NCBI GenBank assembly: GCA_964619725.1
Contig: CAZUFC010000050.1
Span: 1 to 55,572 of the forward strand
DNA from: an uncultured bacterium
GTDB lineage: Bacteria > CSSED10-310 > CAZUFC01
DNA: 55,572 nt
Direction of reading: 5' to 3'
How positions within the stretch are numbered: position 1 is the stretch's first letter; the number at the start of each line of letters is the position of its first letter. The notes below the pieces were generated by a model that worked only from the letters and a program-made list of their open reading frames with translations, searched no databases and had not been told where the DNA came from. Positions 47,888-55,572 of this stretch are shown here, in pieces. Both the position numbers and the translations under genes were made by a program.

Positions 47888-49873
47888 TCAATTTCCGAAA
47901 AGGAAAAAAGAGACGGCGGAAATGTTGCCGAGCAGTTCAGAATTATCTGCGTCAAGCAAAGCGCCCATGAAGTAAAGGGGTCCGAGGGAGTCCAGTTTCT
48001 GAGGCAGTTGAGCGCTGAGAAGCAGTTCTCTGTAATGGTAATCAGCGCCTAAGAAGTTCTGAACCAGGTCGAGTTCTTCCGTCCAGCTCGGATGGAAGTA
48101 ATATTTTCCGAAAACGTCCAGCATAACGATCTGATACGCCCATCTTGATTCTTCATTATTGTATATGTCGGCGCTGAGCGTAAGGACATCGCCCGGGAAA
48201 TAGATGCTGTCGTTCATAGACAGATATAACCCCGTATTTCCCTCTTCGCCGAACGCCGGGGTCGGCGTGGGAGAAGCCCAGGGTGTGGGAGTATGACTCA
48301 TGCGAGGCGTGTATGTGGGAGCGGGCGTCATATTGTCGACCAGGATAGTAATCTCCTCAGGCTCAGAATGTTTGAATCCGTCGTCTATCGACTCGGCATA
48401 CACGGTCAGTGGACCGTTGGGTATTGACGAAACGTCCAGTTCATATCTCCACGAGTCCCAGGAGTCGTCCCCGGAAATATCTTCGGCTTCCCAGTAAAGA
48501 CCGCGAACGCCCACTTGCACTTTTGCAATCCGGCCGTCAAAATCGTCTGCCGAGCCTTCGATGACCGCTGAAACATCAACAGGCGTATCGGGAAGCGGCG
48601 ATTCAATGGTGCAATAAGGTTGTTCGTTAGGGATAAAATCGAAATAGCTTAACGGTGCAAACTGCTTTTCAAAGTTGCTTACGTATCGGCCCGAAGCCAG
48701 AGCCCCGAAACGGCCTTCTTGTGATACCGACGGCTTGCCCATGTGCGACTGTTCCCAGACCGGCGCCTGGCTTTCGTTTACGAAAAGACCCGCATACGGC
48801 GAATTGGGCGCCGAGATGTCGCCGCTTAAAAAAATCACCGATAAATCTGAATTGCCGTCTAAAAATGGAACATATAACGGCTGCTCATACTTCCATATCC
48901 GGCTGCCGCCTCCGCTCGTATCCCATAACTCCAGAGTCCCCGGATAAACTTCCATCAACCGCACGAAGGCGCTGGCGTAAACAATGTATTGACCGTCATC
49001 GCTTATTTTTACCTGGTGCCCCATGGTGGGAAAACCATCCGTCGTCTTGTACCAAACCGGATATTTTACGCCGTCCGGTTCGGGAAAAGTGTCGAAAAAC
49101 AAAAGATTGCTGTTGGCTTCCAATGCGACGTAATTACCGTCACTCGTTAGGTCGATATACACCTTGTTCGCCGGTATGCCGATGCCCGTGAAATTCCAGA
49201 CCGCTACGCCAGGAGAAGTCACAGCATCAAAAAACGTCAAAAAAGGATCGTAGGAGTTTGCGCCGTAAGTAGCCGCCGCTATCCTGGAACCGTCTGCAGA
49301 CATGTCCAGATACGCCATACGCATCTTGGGCAACTCCGCAGACCATATCTCCTCAGACGAATCACGATGGAAATAAAAAACCGTCGGAGCGAACAGATAA
49401 CTCAAATTATCGTAATTGGCCACTGCGATGTAATCCCCGTCAGAAGAAACCGCAAGACAATCATAATAAAACCTGGATATAACCCTCTTCCAAAGCAATT
49501 CTCCGTCATTATCCAATACGAACAACGTATCATGCGATACAAAGGCAATGGTCTCAGCATTATAAGAGCATTTGACGTCGTATACCCACTCGCTTGGACG
49601 CGTCAGTTCATACCGAAAAACCGGCTGATTGCTTGAACGATGAAAAAGACATACATAGGCGCCTGCCCCATAATCCGGCCTGTTATCGGTATTATGAGTA
49701 CCCACCGCTACATATTCGCCGCTGCCCGAAACATCCAATGCGATTACATCCCGCGATTCTTCCTCCTCCCAGCTCCATAAAGGCGCTATGTCTGATTGAG
49801 AACTCACTGTTCCCCATGACGTCAGAAGAATAAAAATTGTATAAAAAAACACGGCTGTCCTTCGAATTTTCAT
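47888..49873 (-). CDS. Secreted beta-propeller + Ig-like + PT linker + conserved CTD, paralogue 2
   Basis: Colinear with 45537-47600 (for example CLFHRSSNQPVF, KCSYNAETIAFV, ISRFYYDCLAVS); start refined to ATG 49873 with AAGGAG RBS. Confidence 0.82.
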   Translation of the reverse strand: MKIRRTAVFFYTIFILLTSWGTVSSQSDIAPLWSWEEEESRDVIALDVSGSGEYVAVGTHNTDNRPDYGAGAYVCLFHRSSNQPVFRYELTRPSEWVYDVKCSYNAETIAFVSHDTLFVLDNDGELLWKRVISRFYYDCLAVSSDGDYIAVANYDNLSYLFAPTVFYFHRDSSEEIWSAELPKMRMAYLDMSADGSRIAAATYGANSYDPFLTFFDAVTSPGVAVWNFTGIGIPANKVYIDLTSDGNYVALEANSNLLFFDTFPEPDGVKYPVWYKTTDGFPTMGHQVKISDDGQYIVYASAFVRLMEVYPGTLELWDTSGGGSRIWKYEQPLYVPFLDGNSDLSVIFLSGDISAPNSPYAGLFVNESQAPVWEQSHMGKPSVSQEGRFGALASGRYVSNFEKQFAPLSYFDFIPNEQPYCTIESPLPDTPVDVSAVIEGSADDFDGRIAKVQVGVRGLYWEAEDISGDDSWDSWRYELDVSSIPNGPLTVYAESIDDGFKHSEPEEITILVDNMTPAPTYTPRMSHTPTPWASPTPTPAFGEEGNTGLYLSMNDSIYFPGDVLTLSADIYNNEESRWAYQIVMLDVFGKYYFHPSWTEELDLVQNFLGADYHYRELLLSAQLPQKLDSLGPLYFMGALLDADNSELLGNISAVSFFLFGN

Positions 49874-50166
49874 GTCAACCCTTGCTCCTTTCTTTGAAAA
49901 ACCAAGAAAGGTCATCAACCCGCAAAAATTTCTATCACTTTTTATTCCGACAGGCAAAAACGCCTTGCCCTCAATCAAAAATCCGGTTCTTTCGGAATAA
50001 ATAATTCGCTTACCGACATCTCTTGCATAAGCAATAAAAAAAAATAACAATGTAAACGGACATCCATTTGATGAAACGCCGCATTGATCCAGCGCAAACA
50101 CGCGAATGCGCGTCTCAGGCAATGCGGCATGAATAACTGAACATATTAGCATGAAAGGAATTCCAA

Positions 50167-50577
50167 ATGAAAAAGACTGATATAAATTGCCCCTTCTGTT
50201 CCCCATCTTCGAACCGGCGAATAATAATGGAAAATTCCCTCGCTTTCGTGATTTACGACATATATCCTGTGACGGCAGGTCACGCTTTAATCATTCCGAA
50301 ACGTCATTTTTCAGATTTTTTCGATATGAAAGAACAGGAAATGGCAGCGGTGAGAGAGCTGCTTTGCCGTATGCGGGAAAAGAGTTTACAAAAATATCCC
50401 GATATAAGGGGGTTCAATGTCGGCGTTAACGTAGGCGAAGCAGCAGGACAGACTATTCCTCATTGTCACATTCATCTTATTCCTCGGCGAGAAGGGGATA
50501 TGCAGCATCCCGAAGGAGGCGTCAGGGGCGTCATTCCTGAGCAACAGAAGTATGCAGCAAAAGGTAAGACTTCATAA
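50167..50577 (+). CDS. HIT family hydrolase
   Basis: CPFC, YPVTAGHALIIPKRH, GQTIPHCHIHLIPRR (histidine triad). Confidence 0.93.
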   Translation: MKKTDINCPFCSPSSNRRIIMENSLAFVIYDIYPVTAGHALIIPKRHFSDFFDMKEQEMAAVRELLCRMREKSLQKYPDIRGFNVGVNVGEAAGQTIPHCHIHLIPRREGDMQHPEGGVRGVIPEQQKYAAKGKTS

Positions 50578-50617
50578 AACAATGGATTTCCTGAGACGTA
50601 GTAACGGAGTCCGTGAT

Positions 50618-53600
50618 TTATCTCCAGCCGAACCCTACAAAATCTACAGCACAAGTTAATTGGGTCGTTTGAGCGAAAATCATGGCAGTCCAGAATTTTG
50701 CGCCGTTGAATGATCCGGCGCCGGCGGTCCAGTTAAAGGAGAGAACGGTTCGCGCGTAGGTTGATTGAGCGGGAAGATTGAACGTTTCGTAGTCTATATC
50801 CGGAATTTTACTCCAGGAAGGCCAACACCAGTATTCTCCGGCGATTTCCAGAAGGATGTAAACATCAACGCTGCTCACCCGGTCCTTACCGTTCCACATG
50901 ATGATTTTGAGAAGAAAGGGATCGTTTGCTTCAAACATGTGACTGTTCAGAAAAAGTTCGCAGCAGGTTTCCTCGTCGCAGGGAGTCGGCGAAATGATGA
51001 ATGTCGAAGTCCGGGTTGGTTGAGGAGCAGGAGTAGGCAAAAAGGTGGGAGTTGTTGTAGAGATATGAGTGTTCGTAGGAGTATGGGTGGATGTTGCCGT
51101 TGGAGTTCTTGTGGGAGGTACGGGCGTATAAGTGGGGGTATTGGGTCCCGTTGTCCAGGTCGGGGTCGGCGTGGGCGTGGGGAATCCGCTGTTGTTGTTG
51201 TATCCCCAGACTTTGAAATCATCGATATTCCATCCGCTGTCATTGAACATCATGTGAGATTTCAAGGTGAAACGGAACTTGACGTTGAATTGACCGTCAG
51301 CAAACCCGGAGATATCGAACCAGACATATTCCCATTCATCGGAATAATAGCCGTCGTCTTCATAGTAAATCCTGTTCCAGGAGCTTCCGCCGTCGACAGA
51401 TATTTCGAGTTCGACCGAATCTTTAAATATCAGGTCGATGGAGCTGACGTTCAACCATTGGTAAAATTCCACCACGGTCTCTTCGGTATTTCCGCAAAAA
51501 ACAGACGGGGAGATCAAGGAGCAATTGGAATTGGAAGTATAATTGCCGTTGTCGGTAAGGTCGACTCCCCAGACTTTGCCGTTGCCTGAAGTATGGTCGT
51601 GTTCAGGGTCAGGCGCGCCGCCGAAAATACCGCCGCCGAGGCCCGATGGAAAATTCCATTCCCATTGTCCGTCGCCGGTTTCAGTCCATCCTGAAGGAGT
51701 TTCCATATCGTCGCAGAACGCGATTATGCGCTGTTTGGTATGAAATTGAAAATAAGCTCCTCCATTATCGTTTTCCGCGAAATTGCCGGCGCTGTCTTCC
51801 GAACCGACGGCGAAATAATACCAGGTATCCTCCTGCAGGTCAGTCAAATACATGGTGTGACTGTTGGTCGGAAAAGAATCTTCAATAACCGTCTCCGGAG
51901 GCGTAAAAGGATCGAATCGTATTTGTGAGGAACCAAGTTCATCAGTCATCCATCTTATTTCGGCGCTGTCGTGAGCGACATTGCTGACGGCGACCGCAAA
52001 TATCTGGGGCGGCAGGCAGTCGGTTTCCGCTTCATCAAAGACGGTACGCGGCTGACCGTCGCATTCTTCATCATAATATTCCAGTGTGATCGTTTCCCCA
52101 TGACTCGTCAGCAGGTACCCCGGACCTGACTGAGAGTCTGAAAGCTGAATCGTTCCCGTGAATTTTGATGTATCGGGACCTGTTTCATACATAATGATAT
52201 CTTCGCCGGAAGGTTCGCTTCCGGAATATATGCGACATACGCCCGTATCGGACGAATCGGGGTCCAGGTTTAAATGCGTGTCCCACAGTGAGGCTCCAGC
52301 TTCATTCTGGCAGTTATATATATTCCCGTCCAGCCTGACTGAGCCGCAACCCGACGGTTCAACCGGAAGCTCTGCGCTGTAAGGAAGAGAGTCGTGAGCC
52401 GTTACGGTCAGCTTCATTTCTCCTTCAGATGACAGTTCCAGCGGGACGACGGCCTTTCCCTCTTCATTCGTCCATTCAACCTCATAAAATGCTTCATCCT
52501 CCTTCCAACAGCACACCGCAGCGCCCTGTATCGGAACCGAAGCCTGACTCACGCTGACTTCAAAATCCCAACCGCCCAGCGGCGCCGTTGGGATATGTTC
52601 GACGGATAATTCCGTAGGCGTTCGCGTATAAATTTCAACGGCGGGGTCGCCGAAAAGCACATATATCCTGGCGTTGAATATTCCGTAATTCCCAGAAGGA
52701 ATGACTTCCGCCTTGGCTGCATTCAAGATATTGCCTAAAGCAAAATTGCCGTAATCGTATACCGTTTTGTACAACATTTTATCGAAATCGTGATTGGGCG
52801 CGGTATAAGACGACCTGGTGGCTCCCAGAGCGGCTAAAGCGCCTCCGCTTCCCGTGCTTCCCGCATTCATCCAGGCTTCGCAAAGGCATTCGCCGGAATA
52901 GTCGACGGCCGCGTTCAGGCACGCGATATTCCACACGACAGGAGTATGATTGCCGTTATTGAGACTGTAAATATCGGAATTGGACCACCCGATGTTCCAT
53001 GACCATTCGGAAGTATCCCCATGCCCCCTGTAATTCACAAAATTCCGGCCTTCCTCTATCGCTGCCTTCACCTCCTGCCTGGTCGCTCCCTCAGGAGGAT
53101 AATAAGTATCGAATTCGGGAATCACGTATTCGTAGGGATAGTTCATTATTTCATTCTTGCAGCGCGTATACTTGTTGGGATATTCCTGCTCGTGAGCGCA
53201 CAGCATGCTCCTGTCCAGCCAGCCGTCCAGAGGCGGATTCTGCAGATAGTTCAGGGTCCGCGCCGCCATATGAGAAACCGCAGTCGAAGAACTTGTACAA
53301 AACCGGCCTATGCCGATTTCCGGATAATAATCGGAACCGTCCAGGCACGTGTAATCATGATCGCCGATCCCCGTATCGCCCCCCTGATTGACCTGGCACA
53401 TCGGTATGTCCGCTATCTCGCCTACAAGCAATACCTGTTCGATGCCTTCATTAACATAATATCCCTCAATGAACGACTTAATCTGCTGGCTCGTTGAACC
53501 CGTCTGAGATGCCGGAACAGCTTCTGCAAAGAATCCCCTTCGCGTATGCCAGTCCCTCAACGGCAGAATTGAATCGTACAGATGGTCCGCAGCGATGATC

Positions 53601-54343
53601 AAATACCTGACCGCATCCTCCCTGACTCCCACAGGACCATGGTCGCAACATTCATAATTTAACACCATAGATTCATACATCTTATCATAGGCCGGCGAAA
53701 TCAGTCCTGTTGCGCCGCTCGATTCTATTTCGCTCCCGCTAACCGTGAAATCAATCCTTAAGCTCGCTTCGCGCACGGCTTCCAATACCTTTTCAGAAGC
53801 ATGATAACTGAATGGAATTATTTTAAGCTCGGCCATCCCTATGTCCCGCCAAATCATCGGCTCTGAACAAACGATCATTTCCCCAGGATATACTCCATGC
53901 TCATAAATTTCCCTGTTCATTATAATATCAAAAGTCGACTCATCTTTTTCCGGAACTTGAGCGGGAAAAATCCGGCAATCGGGTATACGGACCGACTTCA
54001 GTTCTAAAATATCGATTGCAGCTTCCCCGCCTTCGGGAACCATTATTCGCTCCAACAGCAGCGGCAACTGCGGATATCCGGTTTCAACAGTGACACCGGC
54101 ATTCGGCATTGTTATTTTCTGGAAGCGTCCCCGGGACGTCTGCTCCTCTTCCAGGAAAAAACCGGAAAACGACAGTTTCAGCACGATATAATATTGACTG
54201 GACTCAGTTATTCGTATTTCAGGCGGAGCGCCTTCCTCGCCTTTTCCAATATTAATCCATGAAAGGCTAGAATCGCTGATTGCTTTGACTGTTCCTGCCC
54301 AGCAAATACAGACAAGGACCATGACAAGCATTGCTTTATTCAT
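50618..54343 (-). CDS. Secreted C25 (gingipain-like) cysteine peptidase with propeptide, Ig-like/FN3, jelly-roll domain, PT linker and conserved CTD
   Basis: Signal peptide; VLLVGE, IGIGRF, NYRGHG (His), WNIACLNA (Cys), VLFGDP; GGAGG RBS. Confidence 0.9.
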   Translation of the reverse strand: MNKAMLVMVLVCICWAGTVKAISDSSLSWINIGKGEEGAPPEIRITESSQYYIVLKLSFSGFFLEEEQTSRGRFQKITMPNAGVTVETGYPQLPLLLERIMVPEGGEAAIDILELKSVRIPDCRIFPAQVPEKDESTFDIIMNREIYEHGVYPGEMIVCSEPMIWRDIGMAELKIIPFSYHASEKVLEAVREASLRIDFTVSGSEIESSGATGLISPAYDKMYESMVLNYECCDHGPVGVREDAVRYLIIAADHLYDSILPLRDWHTRRGFFAEAVPASQTGSTSQQIKSFIEGYYVNEGIEQVLLVGEIADIPMCQVNQGGDTGIGDHDYTCLDGSDYYPEIGIGRFCTSSSTAVSHMAARTLNYLQNPPLDGWLDRSMLCAHEQEYPNKYTRCKNEIMNYPYEYVIPEFDTYYPPEGATRQEVKAAIEEGRNFVNYRGHGDTSEWSWNIGWSNSDIYSLNNGNHTPVVWNIACLNAAVDYSGECLCEAWMNAGSTGSGGALAALGATRSSYTAPNHDFDKMLYKTVYDYGNFALGNILNAAKAEVIPSGNYGIFNARIYVLFGDPAVEIYTRTPTELSVEHIPTAPLGGWDFEVSVSQASVPIQGAAVCCWKEDEAFYEVEWTNEEGKAVVPLELSSEGEMKLTVTAHDSLPYSAELPVEPSGCGSVRLDGNIYNCQNEAGASLWDTHLNLDPDSSDTGVCRIYSGSEPSGEDIIMYETGPDTSKFTGTIQLSDSQSGPGYLLTSHGETITLEYYDEECDGQPRTVFDEAETDCLPPQIFAVAVSNVAHDSAEIRWMTDELGSSQIRFDPFTPPETVIEDSFPTNSHTMYLTDLQEDTWYYFAVGSEDSAGNFAENDNGGAYFQFHTKQRIIAFCDDMETPSGWTETGDGQWEWNFPSGLGGGIFGGAPDPEHDHTSGNGKVWGVDLTDNGNYTSNSNCSLISPSVFCGNTEETVVEFYQWLNVSSIDLIFKDSVELEISVDGGSSWNRIYYEDDGYYSDEWEYVWFDISGFADGQFNVKFRFTLKSHMMFNDSGWNIDDFKVWGYNNNSGFPTPTPTPTWTTGPNTPTYTPVPPTRTPTATSTHTPTNTHISTTTPTFLPTPAPQPTRTSTFIISPTPCDEETCCELFLNSHMFEANDPFLLKIIMWNGKDRVSSVDVYILLEIAGEYWCWPSWSKIPDIDYETFNLPAQSTYARTVLSFNWTAGAGSFNGAKFWTAMIFAQTTQLTCAVDFVGFGWR

Positions 54344-54468
54344 AAATATTCTCCTCCGAAATTTTGACTGACCGAAGCAAAATAGTCGCCGTCCCTTGAC
54401 GAAACGGACGGTCCGGTCATTAATACTGCTTCACGAAAAAATTTACAGCATTTTTGAAAAACACTCTA

Positions 54469-55389
54469 TCATTTCAGAACAATGCGGTCGTCCAGAGGTT
54501 TCCCGGTCCACAGATAAAGCATGATGGCGGCAGTTTGCCAATGGATAATAACCCCGTCTCGTACATCTACAGGATACCCTCCGCCCAGGGTTACCGCACA
54601 GGGAATTTTTCTTTTATTCAGTTCATGCAGCACGATCATGTCACGTTCCGCCAGACCTTTAAAAGTCAATTCCAACTGACCGAGCTGATCGGATACGTAA
54701 GGGTCTGCGCCGGCCTGATAAAGGACTAATTCAGGTTCTGCCTTGTCAAGGACCTCAGGCAGGCTTTTCCTGAGCAGCTCGGTATAGGTCTTGTCATCCG
54801 TGCCCTTGTATACCGGTATGTCCAGGTCGCTTTTCTGTTTGATCGGGTAAATTTCCTGCTGATGGATGGAAAAAGTAAAAACGCTGGGGTCCTCTTTAAA
54901 AATATGAGCTGTTCCATTGCCCTGGTGCAGATCGCAGTCGATCACTGCTGCCCTTTCAATGCTGTTTTCTTGTTTGAGTTTCAAAATTGCATAGGCCAGA
55001 TCATTGATGTAACAGAATCCCTCCGCATGATCTTTGAACGCATGATGGAACCCGCCCCCGATGTGATAGGCCCAACCTTTCGACAGCGCTTCCCTGGCAG
55101 CCAGGAGCGTGCCGTTAGATACCAGCCTGTAAAAATCGATGATCTCCTCCCTGACCGGCAGCTCTGACATCAGGGTTCTCCAGGTCGCCCGAACCTCCGT
55201 CAAATCCTTCAGATACTCATCATCCAATACGATTTTCAGCTCCTCCCAATCAGCCATTTCAGGCTCCCTGAAGTCACTCTCCGTCAGTCCGTCGTCCAAT
55301 AAAGCGTTTTTAAGCAATTGATATTTCTTTATGGGAAAAATATGGGTCTGCATGGCGAATTCAGGCGGCCTGCTGTATACAAAAGTCAT
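54469..55389 (-). CDS. Zn-dependent histone deacetylase family protein
   Basis: GGGFHHA, GFCYIND, DCDLHQGNGT, QAGADP and GGGY motifs. Confidence 0.93.
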   Translation of the reverse strand: MTFVYSRPPEFAMQTHIFPIKKYQLLKNALLDDGLTESDFREPEMADWEELKIVLDDEYLKDLTEVRATWRTLMSELPVREEIIDFYRLVSNGTLLAAREALSKGWAYHIGGGFHHAFKDHAEGFCYINDLAYAILKLKQENSIERAAVIDCDLHQGNGTAHIFKEDPSVFTFSIHQQEIYPIKQKSDLDIPVYKGTDDKTYTELLRKSLPEVLDKAEPELVLYQAGADPYVSDQLGQLELTFKGLAERDMIVLHELNKRKIPCAVTLGGGYPVDVRDGVIIHWQTAAIMLYLWTGKPLDDRIVLK

Positions 55390-55517
55390 GGGAACTCCTT
55401 CCAGAAAAACACGACACGATTTTCATACTGAACCATATCATTATATTGGAAATCCGGCAACATCCAACATCCTCATTCATCGCCGGTCACTTCTGCCGTT
55501 CGGTTAGACATCTTTCC

Positions 55518-55572
55518 AGTTTTTGTCCATAAACGGCGAATTTTTCCCAATACTGCGTCAGTCTTCGGATTT
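55518..55572. mobile_element. Second copy of the 24834-24977 element, cut by the window end
   Basis: 52/55 identity to 24834-24888. Confidence 0.8.

Noticed and set aside
49874-50206. N-terminal extensions in the ORF track (also starts 4383, 6927, 16226, 18018, 22291, 43140)
   Set aside because: Downstream ATGs have better RBS, signal peptide or coupling, and most extensions overlap neighbouring genes

Overview
A 55.6 kb, gene-dense bacterial segment, probably from an anaerobe because it encodes a tungsten-type aldehyde:ferredoxin oxidoreductase. It starts and ends inside palindromic repeats, so it may be a whole contig broken at repeats. About 32 credible CDS are present; I found no rRNA, tRNA, CRISPR array or transposase. 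Main blocks: (1) 1226-12920, an envelope glycan/glycolipid-modification cluster (double GT2, B12-binding radical SAM, LPG-synthase/flippase-like protein, Pol-beta-type nucleotidyltransferase, alkaline-phosphatase-superfamily enzyme, DUF362, TIM-barrel isomerase, GT-C). Four of its eight products end in Ala-Ala. (2) 14290-21671, reductive pyrimidine catabolism genes accompanied by an AOR and a CoA-transferase. (3) A PAS/GAF two-component system, a heterodimeric ABC exporter, a PA14-GT-C fusion, yhhQ and a KamA-family radical SAM. (4) 33584-54343, a cluster of large secreted proteins. The most notable observation is in block 4: five secreted proteins with different bodies (S8 protease, six-lamin-tail-domain protein, two beta-propeller paralogues, gingipain-like C25 protease) all end in a Pro/Thr linker followed by the same ~115-aa C-terminal domain. 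This is a candidate protein-sorting or surface-anchoring signal analogous to the type IX secretion CTD. Several families of non-coding palindromic or dispersed repeats are also present. All functional calls come from motif recognition by eye; no database search was run.
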